64,000 nucleotides of DNA from Candidatus Bathyarchaeota archaeon. GTDB lineage: Archaea; Thermoproteota; Bathyarchaeia; Bathyarchaeales; Bathycorpusculaceae. The notes beneath the pieces are model-generated. The model was given only the letters and a program-made list of their open reading frames with translations, made no database searches and had not been told where the DNA came from. Within the stretch, counting starts at the first letter, position 1. Each line of letters opens with the position of its first letter. Location of the stretch: assembly GCA_963717465.1 (NCBI GenBank), contig OY970340.1, positions 2,912,001-2,976,000 of the forward strand. Reading direction: 5' to 3'. Shown in pieces: positions 39,707-50,740 of this stretch. A program made the position numbers and the translations under genes.

Positions 39707-40678
39707 TCAGGGCGTTTCTATGACGCCTGCGACCCGCAATTTTACCCCTTCAAGATACATTAGCACTGCTTTGTCTTTCGGTTGGTGAACAAGCGGCTTC
39801 TCCAATGTTAATTTTAATATGGGTTTGCGCCAGTCACCTTCATCTGAAACCTCGTCGACCTTGCAGGTTACGAACTGCGTCCAGTGACCCAGATGCACCA
39901 CCATTCCAGTCTTAATAGGTGTCTGCCAATACTTTACCAGCACCGCTTTGGATGTCAAATTCGTCGACGTTTTAATTGTTGGATCGTTCGTTAATACTGC
40001 GCCTCTGTCTAAGTCGCTTACTTCAACGTTTTTTAAGGCAAGCCCCACTCTGTCACCTTCGCTTGCCAAGTCAAATTCGTCATCATGTTTTTGAATTGAC
40101 CTGACTTGAGCAGTTTTTAAGATGGGCAAAACGTTTAGTGTATCGTGTTTGTGGATAGTTCCGTATGCGACTACTCCAAGGATCACAACTCCGACGCCTT
40201 TAACGTTGAAGGCATGATCCACTGGAGTAGCTCCAACAGAGTTTAATGCAGTTGCTGTTTCTGGCGACTTTTGCTTCGAAGCGTCTGCTAAAAGTTTTTC
40301 TCTGATGTCGTTTGGATCATCGTTGATGATTTCAAATTTCTCAATGTTTGTGCCTTTGATTAACTGTTCAATTTTTTCCTTTGGAACATAATTTTTTAAG
40401 ATTATGTAGCCGCTTGTGATGTTTGAGCATTGAAGCATTACTAGGCTTTCGCCAAAGGTTGCGTTAATTTCTTCCACTACAATTAATGCTTTTTTAGATA
40501 GGGAGACAGCATAGAATAATGGAGCAAGCCTTTCAGGGTATCTTGTAGGCTCAATGAGCGTTACTGTGTCCTCGCCTCGTTTAAGATTGTAAAAGGTTAT
40601 GTCCGAACACGTCCCTTTTTTACCAAGACTTGCACCATAGCCCGAGACTCCGAGAATAGCTACTGTAAGGTTACCCAT
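39707..40678 (-). CDS. SelB-like/EF-Tu-related factor with degenerate G domain
   Basis: LGKKGTCSDIT, VDHAFNVKGVGVVILG, VRSIQKHD, GDRVGLALK. Confidence 0.8.
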   Translation of the reverse strand: MGNLTVAILGVSGYGASLGKKGTCSDITFYNLKRGEDTVTLIEPTRYPERLAPLFYAVSLSKKALIVVEEINATFGESLVMLQCSNITSGYIILKNYVPKEKIEQLIKGTNIEKFEIINDDPNDIREKLLADASKQKSPETATALNSVGATPVDHAFNVKGVGVVILGVVAYGTIHKHDTLNVLPILKTAQVRSIQKHDDEFDLASEGDRVGLALKNVEVSDLDRGAVLTNDPTIKTSTNLTSKAVLVKYWQTPIKTGMVVHLGHWTQFVTCKVDEVSDEGDWRKPILKLTLEKPLVHQPKDKAVLMYLEGVKLRVAGVIETP

Positions 40679-40898
40679 GAATAATGACCTATGAATCAGG
40701 CATGATGTTTTGCTTTAGAGATAAATTTAACGGCTGAGTTTGCTAGTTTTTTAGTTTAGAAGTCGCCAGTCATATATGCTGAAAAACCTCGCGCCAGAAT
40801 ATCATTGGAAAGAAAGTAACAAACAACCTAACTTATTCCGTGAAAAGTTTTAAGAGCGCACGCTGATATTAAGTACGACAAGAAAACTCAGTAGAATT

Positions 40899-41285
40899 TT
40901 GGGAGATTGGCTACTATTGACAACAACTAGCCGACTATCGAAAGCCAAATTCATTAGCCTTGAAACATACAAAAGAAACGGCGAAGCAGTCAGAACTCCC
41001 GTTTGGTTTGTGGAGGAAAATGGCTTGGTTTACTTTCATTCGCCGGCAAAATCTTGGAAAATAAAGAGGCTTCAAAGAAATCCAATTGTTCGCCTGGCAC
41101 CTTGTTCAAGATCCGGCAAGATACATGGAGACTGGCTCAAGGGAAAAGTCACATTAATCGATGGAGAAGAAGGCAAAAAAATAGTTAAGCGGGTAAACTC
41201 CTCACTGTCGGGACTGGATAGAATTATTGGCTTTTTTGAGAAAAGCGACAGGGTTGCTTTCTCAATCAAGTTGGAAGATAATTAG
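40899..41285 (+). CDS. PPOX-class putative F420-dependent oxidoreductase
   Basis: ISLETYKRNGEAVRTPVWF...KIKRLQRNP.V.LAPC. Confidence 0.88.
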   Translation: MGDWLLLTTTSRLSKAKFISLETYKRNGEAVRTPVWFVEENGLVYFHSPAKSWKIKRLQRNPIVRLAPCSRSGKIHGDWLKGKVTLIDGEEGKKIVKRVNSSLSGLDRIIGFFEKSDRVAFSIKLEDN

Positions 41286-41351
41286 AAACGCACGCCACGC
41301 GCTTCATGGATGATAAGTCTTAAATCTGCAAAAGCAAAGAAAGAGTACCTC

Positions 41352-41825
41352 ATGGCAAAAACTGAAATGCCCAAAGACATTAGATTATGATGGATTAATT
41401 GAAGAGCTTGTTCAAAAGATAGATAATGAAAAAGCTCTTTTCAATCTGCTTTACGAACTCGATGTTTACAACTCAACAGTTACCTTCACTGTTCTGTTAT
41501 TTGTTGTTGGAATTGTAATTTTGGCTTTGCCGAACAGTTTTGCTCCTTTAACTGACAGACTCGCACTTTTCATAGCAGTAATCTCGATTTTTTTCGCATT
41601 CGCAGGTGCTTAGTAACAGATTTGAAAGGTATTGTTGTTAGTAATAATTTCAAAAAGGCGGTCCAGAAATTCAAAATAGATGAGAAAGAGGAAGAAAAAA
41701 GACTTTTGCTCATGGCATTAATAAAAATGAAAGCAATGAACCACCATTCTAAATTAGGGATAGCCAAAAAAACGCATGAAGACATGTTCACTAAAGATAA
41801 GCTGTTAGAAAGGCTATATCAATAA
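41352..41825 (+). pseudogene. Two-TM membrane protein broken by two frameshifts (near 41381 and 41609)
   Basis: Reconstructed MAKTEMPKD../DYDGLIEELVQK...TVLLFVVGIVILALP...LALFIAVISIFFAFAG../LVTDLKGIVV...ERLYQ. Confidence 0.5.
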
Positions 41826-41931
41826 AAAGATTCCAGAGTACATTAAACGGTTAGGGCTATTAACGAGTCCTTAAATTTTGGGAATTTATGCTAGAAAAAA
41901 CTATATCTAAAACCCCTAATACTATAACGCT

Positions 41932-42484
41932 ATGTCTGCTTGGGCAGGGAAGAAAGCAAAGAAAACTGTTACCGCTTCTTTTCGGATTGATGAAGACCCA
42001 TTCCTAGCGCTCCAAGAAGAAGCTCATCGGAACAAGATAAGCCTCAATACCTTAGTAAACCAAGTGCTCACCTTTTACGTGAAAACCGATCATAACCAAC
42101 CGACCAGACCAGTAAGGGTTACAGACATAACATTGCGCAGATTTCTGGAAGCAATACCTAACGACGAACTTGCACGGATCTCGAAAGAACGTGCGGAAGA
42201 GTATGCTAAGATCCTAATTAAAACAAGATACGGCGGGTTCAATTTGACGAATATTTTGCGCTATGAGTGTGACTTATGTCAATATTGGGGATGGGGCACA
42301 TATAGCGAAAGACAGCTATAAACGGGGAAGACGCTTGGTAACCATCGAGCACAGTTTAGGGAAGAAGGGTTCAATTTTGGTCAGCAATATTATGAGAACC
42401 CTACTCGAAATGGCGGGGTTGAAACCAGAAATCACTGAAACCGACGTCGCTATCACAATGGAAATCCCGAACGTTGGATCCTAA
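41932..42484 (+). CDS. Ribbon-helix-helix-like regulator with C-terminal ligand-binding-like domain; frameshift near 42315
   Basis: KTVTASFRIDE...LQEEA...ISLNTLVNQVL; continues ...VTIEHSLGKKGS in another frame. Confidence 0.65.
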
Positions 42485-42732
42485 CGGCGATTCATCGCCC
42501 TCTGCCGTGCCTTTTCGACTATCTTTTGAATCTGCTCTAGCGTCACTTTGTCTTGATCGTACTCGACTATGAGTAAGCGAGAGACATGATTTGCTTCGAC
42601 ATCGAAGACGCCGTCGATTTTGGAAACCGCCCTTCGCGCAAACTCCAGTCCGTGAGGGGCTTGGCCGTTCTCGATAAGAATCATACTTTTCGCCTTTCTC
42701 GGCACGGTATCTGCCAATATTTTCATCCTCAC
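42481..42732 (-). CDS. HMA-like ferredoxin-fold protein lacking CxxC
   Basis: KIDGVFDVEAN...LIVEYDQDKVTLEQIQKIV. Confidence 0.7.
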   Translation of the reverse strand: MRMKILADTVPRKAKSMILIENGQAPHGLEFARRAVSKIDGVFDVEANHVSRLLIVEYDQDKVTLEQIQKIVEKARQRAMNRR

Positions 42733-42861
42733 ACAATCTGAATAATTGAAAGGTGGGCATGCGTATAACTACGGTGTATTTTTTGCAATTAAATGTAATG
42801 AAAAAATACGTCCCCCTAAAATAGCTAAAACTGCTCCGAAACTATAATTGGAGGTATTTAA

Positions 42862-43683
42862 ATGGAGCGAATGATCGTAGTGATCTTTGAAAATGAGCTT
42901 AAAGCTTACGACGGTTCTCGAGCTCTATCAGAGCTCGACGCCGAAGGAAGCATATCAATCCACGCAAAAGCTGTTATAATGAAAAACTCGGAGAAAACGC
43001 TTAACATTAAGCAAGAGGACGATGAGTTTCCAATGCGCACGGTTGGCGGAACAGCAATTGGTGCGCTAATAGGCCTTCTAGGCGGACCCATCGGCTTGGG
43101 CATCGGCGCAATAGCAGGAGTTTTGACTGGAAGCATTTTGGACTTGAACCGGGCTGAAGTCAACACAGAGTTCCTTGATGAGGTATCCAACAAACTTACT
43201 CCTGGTAAATGGGCGATAGTTGCAGACATCAGCGAAGAATGGGAAACCCCTGTTGACTCTCGAATGGCAGTTCTTGGCGGAACAGTGTTTCGTGCTACCC
43301 GGCAAAGTGTTGGACACGAGCAACATACAAGAGAGGTGGCGGCTATAAAGGCGAACATTACTCAGTTGAAGGCAGAACAAGCTAAAGCACAGACAGACCA
43401 AAAAGCCAAGATCCAAGCAAAAATTGACGCCTTAAACAAGAAACTTGGCACTAAGTTAGAGCAAGCAAAGCAGAGAGCAAAGCAACAGCAAGAAGAAGCC
43501 AAAGCTAAAGTGGATGCTTTAGAGAAGAAAGCAGCAAAGGCCAAGGGTGAGACAAAGGCTAAAATTAAAGAACGAATCGTCGAAATCAAAGAGGAAGCCG
43601 AAAGAGAAGCAGACGCCTTTGACAAGTGGTGCGAAATGAACGAAGAAGATGTTGAAAAGTGGATGACTGGTGAAAGCAATTGA
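42862..43683 (+). CDS. DUF1269-like glycine-zipper protein with coiled-coil tail
   Basis: GGTAIGALIGLLGGPIGLGIGAIAG; ISEEWETPVD; K/A/E-rich coil. Confidence 0.8.
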   Translation: MERMIVVIFENELKAYDGSRALSELDAEGSISIHAKAVIMKNSEKTLNIKQEDDEFPMRTVGGTAIGALIGLLGGPIGLGIGAIAGVLTGSILDLNRAEVNTEFLDEVSNKLTPGKWAIVADISEEWETPVDSRMAVLGGTVFRATRQSVGHEQHTREVAAIKANITQLKAEQAKAQTDQKAKIQAKIDALNKKLGTKLEQAKQRAKQQQEEAKAKVDALEKKAAKAKGETKAKIKERIVEIKEEAEREADAFDKWCEMNEEDVEKWMTGESN

Positions 43684-44264
43684 ACGTGTTGAAGCAGCCA
43701 GGTTGGCTTCGCGGCTTAGAAATATTTACTGGCTTATTAGCCATGGTGCTCGGCGTTCTAGTCCTTGTTTTTCCAGGCCTAGGCGTCGCAAGCCTTGTCG
43801 CCTTGCTGTCAATTGGCCTTTTGTTTATGGGGATCAGATCAATCTCTTTAGTAGGTTACAGTAGCCTACCCCGCGGCCTAAGAGCAGTAAGTATAGTTTC
43901 AGGAATATTATCTGTGATTCTTGCAGTGCTAGTTTTACTGTTTCCAGGGTACGGCGTTCTTACTCTATTGCTATTAGTATCGCTTGGCCTGGTTGCTTAT
44001 GGTGTTGGAAGGATATATTTAGCTTCTACGCTCAAAGCGACGACAGGCTGGATAAAAGGCATGATGGTTACAGTGGGTGTGGTTGACCTTATCCTGTCTA
44101 TTGTGGTGCTAGCCATTCCTAATCTTGCATTGGTGACGTTCGCAGTTGTCCTTTCTGTAGCGCTGCTTGTTAGTGGTGCTGAGATGATTGTTTCAGGAGC
44201 GATTGGCCGCACATGGCTAGGTGAATTTGTGAAAGCTATGAAAGATGAAATGGGTGCAACATAA
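43680..44264 (+). CDS. HdeD/DUF308 membrane protein
   Basis: Three two-TM repeats of the type G....LG.L.L.FPG. Confidence 0.8.
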   Translation: MNVLKQPGWLRGLEIFTGLLAMVLGVLVLVFPGLGVASLVALLSIGLLFMGIRSISLVGYSSLPRGLRAVSIVSGILSVILAVLVLLFPGYGVLTLLLLVSLGLVAYGVGRIYLASTLKATTGWIKGMMVTVGVVDLILSIVVLAIPNLALVTFAVVLSVALLVSGAEMIVSGAIGRTWLGEFVKAMKDEMGAT

Positions 44265-44329
44265 ATGTTCACTCATGACTTTTCTTCTCTTATAATTATG
44301 TCAAAAAGGATATTGGGAAGGGATCGTTC

Positions 44330-45013
44330 ATGTTGAACAACAGACAAATTTTTGGTCAAAGTAGGGCAATCAACTCCTACGTTCAAAAAGTGTATTTCTG
44401 GATGTTCATAGGTTTGATGATTACAAGCGTTACTGCCTACATTGTTTCACAGGATCCAGATATATACAACTTCATACTGGGCAATGATATTGTTTTTTAC
44501 GGTTTATTGATAGCACAGCTTGTCGCTATAGTTAGCGTTGTTGCGTTCATAAATCGAATACCAGACAATCTTGCAGAAATCACATTTGGACTATACTGTT
44601 TCCTTACCGGCCTGACTCTTTCAGCAATCTTTCTAGAATTTTCAATAACTTCCATAGCTTCTGTGGTTTTAGTTACTGCTGCCATGTTTGGATTCATGAG
44701 TCTTTACGGCTACTTAACGAGGACAAATCTTACATCGGTAGGCAACATTGCAACCATGGCCTTATTCGGAATCATTCTGGCATTAATCGTCAACCTATTC
44801 ATTGAAAATTCACTACTTAATATGTTGCTCAGCATTTTTGGTGTAATAGTCTTTTCAGCACTTGTAGCATATGACACACAGAAAATCAAAAACAGTTTCA
44901 TGGATAACTATGATCCGATAAAGAAGGAAATACTGGGAGCCCTCGACCTCTACTTGGATTTTGTAAACATCTTCCTGGACCTGATAAGATTGATAGGAAA
45001 AAGAAAATCGTAA
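44330..45013 (+). CDS. Bax inhibitor-1/YccA family membrane protein
   Basis: KVYFWM..GL, GLTLS.I, AYDTQKIK, GALDLYLDFVNIFL. Confidence 0.93.
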   Translation: MLNNRQIFGQSRAINSYVQKVYFWMFIGLMITSVTAYIVSQDPDIYNFILGNDIVFYGLLIAQLVAIVSVVAFINRIPDNLAEITFGLYCFLTGLTLSAIFLEFSITSIASVVLVTAAMFGFMSLYGYLTRTNLTSVGNIATMALFGIILALIVNLFIENSLLNMLLSIFGVIVFSALVAYDTQKIKNSFMDNYDPIKKEILGALDLYLDFVNIFLDLIRLIGKRKS

Positions 45014-45330
45014 GTTTATTTTGGATTTTCTAAAGACAGTGACTGATCGAGCGAGCGAAGGAATTCCTGAGAGAGTATGAGTGTATGAGTAATGTTTGGG
45101 GGGATTAAATTTTAATCTTTCTCTCTTGATTCATAACTTCCTATTTCCTTACTCTCTCTAAAAAAAACTAACTCACAACCACGCCGACACACGCTAACCA
45201 GGACTGACTTTAAACCTCAGCCTCTAACCGTCTCTTCTTATCACTCTCTCCCACGCTTTCTTTCGTTAGGTCGTTCGTTCCAGTTAGTTAGGTCATTCGT
45301 TTGCCCGCGCATGCTTGTTGAGACGCTTCG

Positions 45331-45607
45331 AGGAAGAAGCTTGTGGAGCATCCGTTTGGGACTATAAAGCGAGCGTTTAATCAGGGTTATCTTTTGCTTA
45401 GTGGACTTAGGAAAGTGAGCGGAGAAGTCGGCTTCACTATGCTGGCTTACAATATGAGGCGGGTTCTGAACATTCATGGACCTGGGTTCATGCGGGTTTT
45501 CTGGTGAAGTCGGGGAACAATGGAAGTAGAAAGGTAGAGAAACATGGTTTTAGCGCTCTTGAAGCATCCCGGATGCGCAAGGTAAACAGTGAATTTTCCC
45601 ACGGTCT
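45331..45607 (+). mobile_element. IS1182-family remnant: transposase C-terminus and right end
   Basis: 45331-45507 translates RKKLVEHPFGTIKRAFNQGYLLLSGLRKVSGEVGFTMLAYNMRRVLNI; terminal-like TTTTCCCACGGTCT at about 45594-45607. Confidence 0.8.
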
Positions 45608-45808
45608 CTGTTCCTAAATTAATTTTTGAGGCTCATAATTCTTTTCCACGTTATGGTTTTGGCTTTGCATCATTAGCGGTTTCCTACATTAAACGTTATT
45701 CAAGGAAAAAACCAAAAAGGGCTACTGGATATGCAATTTGTTGTCTCTTTTTGTAGGCACATAAGTTTATTTTTGTTTTGTGATTAGCCAGTATTCGATG
45801 GGGTCTCT

Positions 45809-48641
45809 TTGAGTAAAAAGACTAGCCAAAGCTATGCAGAATCATTAAATATAAGTGAGATAGGCGAAAAATATGTTTACTTGTTTGCCGAAGGCGATGG
45901 CAAGAATAAGCAACTTTTAGGCGGAAAAGGCGCCGGTCTATGTGAGATGACTCAAATTGGTTTACCTGTGCCGCCTGGCTTCGTAATCACCACACAGGCA
46001 TGCCTTGAATATTTTGAGCAAGATTTCAAGCTTCCCAAAGGCTTAACTGGTCAAGTTAGGGAGGCAATGGAGCAAATTGAAAAAGCCATGCGACCTAGGT
46101 TTCGGAAACCGTCAACAGCCTCTTTTAGTTTCAGTAAGAAGTGGCGCATCTGTATCCATGCCAGGAATGATGGATACCGTGCTAAATTTAGGTATTAACG
46201 ATGAAACTATCTTAGGACTCATAAAGCAAAGCGGTGATGAACGCTTCGGTTGGGATTCTTATCGGCGCTTTATCTCGCTTTTCAGCGCAATCGTGTTAAA
46301 CATTGACGGGAGAATTTTTCATGAATCAATGGAATCGCTAAAGCAACGCAAGAAAGCAAAGTTTGACACAGATTTAACGGCAAGAGATCTTAAAGAACTA
46401 GTTGAAGAATATAAGACCATTGTTTTGAAAAATTATGGTAAACCTATTCCTCAGGATGTTTTCGAGCAGCTTTTTATGGCTATTGAAGCGGTTTTTTCTT
46501 CATGGAACGGTAAGAGAGCCGTTGATTATCGACGAGAATTTAAAATCACCCCGGAAATTGCCAATGGGACAGCGTGTAATGTTCAAACAATGGTTTTTGG
46601 CAATATAGGTGAAAATTCAGCGACTGGTGTTGCTTTCACGAGAGATCCTGGAACAGGAGAAAACGTCATTTTTGGCGATTGGTTGGAAAAGGCACAAGGC
46701 GAGGATATTGTGGCGGGAATCAGGACGCCTAGACCGATTTCAGAAATGAAAAAGATCATGCCTAAAATGCATAAGGCATTGTTAAATGTCAAGCAAACGC
46801 TGGAAGATCATTTCAGGGAAGTGCAAGATTTTGAATTCACCATTCAAAATGGCAAATTGTTCATGCTACAAACCAGAAATGGAAAAATGAACGCTGTTGC
46901 AGCCATGAAAACATCCGTTGACATGGTTAATGATGGCTTAATAACAAAAGAAAAAGCTTTGCTAAGAATCAACCCAATGCAGTTAACACAGTTAATGTAT
47001 AATCAAATAGACCCAAAAAACACTGTTCCACCTATCGCAGTTGGACTTGGCGCTTCACCAGGAGCAGCAACCGGCGAGGTGGTTTTTGATGCGGACGAGG
47101 CAGAACGGCTAGGTAAAACTGGAAAAAAAGTTATTTTGGTTAGAGAGCAAACAAAACCAGAAGATATACATGGTTTCTTTGCTGCACAAGGCATCTTAAC
47201 AAGTATCGGAGGAAAAACTAGTCACGCTGCAGTCGTAGCCAGAGGTATGGGTAAACCATGCGTTTCAGGCGCTGCAGATATAAAAATTAACAATTTTGAA
47301 AAGACTGCATCAGTAGGCAATGTGCTAATCCAACAGGGGTCAACCATTACGATTGACGGAGCTTCCGGAAAGGTTTGGCAAGGCGAGATAGCTATGGTTG
47401 AACCTGAAATTTCTGAGAATATGGCCACTATCTTGCGTTGGGCTGACGAGTTTAGAAGGCTGGATGTAAGAACGAACGCAGATACCCCATCTGACGCTGA
47501 AAAAGCGTTAAAGTTCGGTGCCCAAGGAATCGGTTTATGCCGCACTGAACGAATGTTTAACGCTGCTGCACGCATCGGCATTTTTCAAGAAATGATTTTG
47601 GCTGATAATGTTCAAGAACGAATAGCTGCGCTAAATCGTCTTATGCCGCTTCAAAAAGAGGATTTCAAGGGTATTTTCCTTGCAATGCAGGGTTTACCCG
47701 TAACTATCCGTTTGCTCGATCCGCCACTACACGAGTTTTTGCCGTCTGAGGAGACACTTGAACGTGAAATAGAATCGTTGCAGGGCAGCAGAGAAGCACT
47801 TGAAAAAACCTCAAAGCTTCCAGCGGTTATTCTAGGCATGGAGCCAAAAATGGCGCCTATCCTAAGAGAAGACGAGCATATGCTGTCAAGTCTTGCAGAG
47901 CTTGAAGAATCTGAAGTTGAAAAGAAACGATTAACGCTTCAAAAGATTAAGAAGCTACGCGAGATTAACCCGATGCTTGGACACCGCGGAGTAAGGTTAG
48001 GAATTACTTACCCAGAAATCTACGAAATGCAAGTTCAAGCGATTTTAGAGGCAGCTGGTGAATTGATCAAACAGGATGTCCCAGTAAAAGTAGAAATAAT
48101 GATTCCCCAAGTTTGCACAGCTCAGGAACTAAAACGTGTACATGAAATCATTACACGCATAGAGGAAAGAGTTAAGGATAAACTTGGAATAGATGTCCCT
48201 TACACTTTTGGCACAATGATTGAAGTAGTCCGAGCTTGCATGCGTGCTGGACGGTTAGCTGAAATAGCAGAATTCTTTAGTTTTGGAACCAACGATCTAA
48301 CTCAGTCAACTTTCAGTTTTTCACGTGAAGACGCAGAAAACAAGTTCTTGCCTTTCTACACTGAACACAAGATTCTTCAGGACAACCCCTTTGAAATCCT
48401 AGACGTGAAAGGTGTTGGCAGATTAATGGCAATTACCGTTGAATGGGGACGAAAAAGCAGACCTGACCTGAAAATCGGAATCTGCGGAGAACACGGCGGT
48501 GAACCATCATCCGTTGAGTTCTGTCACACAATTAATCTTGACTACGTTAGTTGCTCGCCATACCGTGTTCCAGTAGCAAGGCTAAGCGCTGCACAAGCTA
48601 ACATTAAAGAAAAGAAAGGCCTGATTAAACCCTATAAATAA
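45809..48641 (+). CDS. ppdK: Pyruvate, phosphate dikinase; frameshift near 46092
   Basis: LLGGKGAGL.EM, PLLVSVRSGA.VSMPGMMDT, GGKTSHAAVVAR, FSFGTNDLTQ, GICGEHGG. Confidence 0.96.
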
Positions 48642-48643
48642 AA

Positions 48644-49108
48644 CTATTTCAATCCATTTTCAAGTCTTCTACGGTAAAATTCGTAATCTGGCAAAATCCT
48701 AGCATAGTCTTCACACATTAAGGGCGAAGAAATAATGTAGTCAGCTGACGAACGGTTGCAGGCAGTTGGAATATTCCACACAACAGCCAAACGCAAGAGC
48801 GCTTTAACATCAGGATCATGAGGCTGCTGAGTAAGAGGATCCCAAAAAAAGATTAAAAAATCAATTTCACCTTCGGAAATTCGGGCGCCTACTTGTTGGT
48901 CTCCACCTAATGGACCGCTTTCCAAAACAATTACTTTTAAGCCTAACTCTTTCTCAAGAAGCTTGCCCGTTGTACCCGTTGCGTAGAGATCATGCTGTTG
49001 TAGCGTTCCAATGTTGAATTTTACCCAATCAAGCAAGTCTTCTTTCTTATTATCGTGAGCTACAAGCGCGATTTTTTTTCTTCGCCTAATCATAGCTATT
49101 CGTGTCAT
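48644..49108 (-). CDS. mgsA: Methylglyoxal synthase
   Basis: [36 protein letters not shown]. Confidence 0.96.
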   Translation of the reverse strand: MTRIAMIRRRKKIALVAHDNKKEDLLDWVKFNIGTLQQHDLYATGTTGKLLEKELGLKVIVLESGPLGGDQQVGARISEGEIDFLIFFWDPLTQQPHDPDVKALLRLAVVWNIPTACNRSSADYIISSPLMCEDYARILPDYEFYRRRLENGLK

Positions 49109-49251
49109 GCTAATCTCTCTTTTTATGATAGCACTAGAAAGCTTGCCTAAAATGGTTTCTGCAAAGAAAAGCGGGTTTGCTTTTTCGGGAATAAAGTTCT
49201 TTAGGCTGCTTTTAACCCCTAAATCAGTAACGATGGGAGAGCAAACAAGTC

Positions 49252-49860
49252 ATGGAATCACTGAAAAGTCTAGCTCAAGGCTTTCTAGCCGCGTCAGGAG
49301 TAATCTGGATTTTCAGCATATTTGCGCTCGGCAAAGGCGGCGACACATGGCTCGGCTTATTATATTTACTAATTCTCCTGATCCCAATAATCAGTTCGGT
49401 AATCCTTTGGCGAAAAAACAAAACCCGAACAAAGGAAACATCATTGGACAAATGGCGCAACAGACTTTTCGCCCTGCAAGGCATAGCTTTAGCCTGCTGG
49501 ATGTTTGACATCGCCACTACTTTCTATGCGATAAACATAACTGGTTTAGCAGTTGAGATTAATCCACTTGGGTGGCCACTTGGAGTTCTCGGCGCCTTAG
49601 CCTTTTACGGGCCAGCATTTGTGTTCTTGTACATTTTGCTCTATCGGCTTAAAGATAAAGTGGCACTTTACGGCGCGATTCCGTTAACTTTTTTAGTGAT
49701 TTTTATGGCTACGATGAACCTTAACGCAGGAGCCCAAAACTTCCAAATCTTCGTAGACACAACCGCTTTAACCGCTAATATCCGCTATTTGTTGCTGGCT
49801 TTGCTAATATCCGTCAATTTGACCATTCCAGTAGTGCTGAAAAGAACCAAAATCAACTAA
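49252..49860 (+). CDS. Multi-TM membrane protein (D..TT...E.NP motif, DUF5658-like)
   Basis: FDIATTFYAI...EINPLG; about 6 TMs. Confidence 0.65.
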   Translation: MESLKSLAQGFLAASGVIWIFSIFALGKGGDTWLGLLYLLILLIPIISSVILWRKNKTRTKETSLDKWRNRLFALQGIALACWMFDIATTFYAINITGLAVEINPLGWPLGVLGALAFYGPAFVFLYILLYRLKDKVALYGAIPLTFLVIFMATMNLNAGAQNFQIFVDTTALTANIRYLLLALLISVNLTIPVVLKRTKIN

Positions 49861-50051
49861 TTACTCCTGATACATGCGGCTTAAATCCTTCAGACTTAAT
49901 TTACGAGTTAAATGATGCACCAGGCAGCCCTTGCAAAAAGAAAAATTAAGGTTAGCATAGTGACAATTTATTTAATATGACAAACTTTCGTAAAACAAGT
50001 GCCAGGCCCTTAATTTCAAAGTTGTAGAAGAAAGTAGATATTATCTTTTTA

Positions 50052-50723
50052 CTACGAGGCTGGCGGCAGATTGACAGTGACTGTTTGAACAGGGGAAGTT
50101 GTAACGGGGGTGCTTCCAATTATTTTGCGGTGGTATATTCTTGCCACGATTGCTAATGCTGTTGCTACTACGCCAAGATAAAACGTGTATTGGAAAGCTG
50201 CTACTACTGTAACGCCAATTTGAAGTGAATTGCTGCCTGAATTAAGCATTCCTGTGGGTAATTGTATTATCGACGTGCCCAATAGAGCGAACAGTGGGAC
50301 GCTTAAAGTCACTGCTCCATTGGCGATCATGTTAATTATGAAAGGTATTAGATAGACGATTACCACTAGAGTAACAATGAACCCGATCAGTGTGTATATT
50401 GGTCGTTTGTAGCCATAGCATAAGAGCTGTTTTGAGTAACTTTTCGTTGGCATAACAGAGTAAACAACCAAGATGATGCCGCTGACTACGAAGAGGGCCA
50501 TTGTCATAATGTTTATTGCGAACAAAATGGGAATTACAAAGTTTAGACCTAAAACGCCAAAATTTGTGTAGAACGGGTTAGCGTTAATAACTGCGAATCC
50601 AGTACTACCACTTCCAATTTGCAACTGCCACCAAGGGGTAAATATGGATAAACCAACTACGGCAAGCATCAAAGCGCCACTGACGAGAGCGAACCAATTT
50701 ATCTTACTCATAGTTAATTGCAT
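50052..50723 (-). CDS. Hypothetical membrane protein
   Basis: 4-5 TMs; PWWQL motif. Confidence 0.7.
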   Translation of the reverse strand: MQLTMSKINWFALVSGALMLAVVGLSIFTPWWQLQIGSGSTGFAVINANPFYTNFGVLGLNFVIPILFAINIMTMALFVVSGIILVVYSVMPTKSYSKQLLCYGYKRPIYTLIGFIVTLVVIVYLIPFIINMIANGAVTLSVPLFALLGTSIIQLPTGMLNSGSNSLQIGVTVVAAFQYTFYLGVVATALAIVARIYHRKIIGSTPVTTSPVQTVTVNLPPAS

Positions 50724-50740
50724 GCTTTTTATCCTCCATT

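Noticed and set aside
45241..45477. 78-aa minus ORF
   Set aside because: Antisense of the IS1182 transposase fragment
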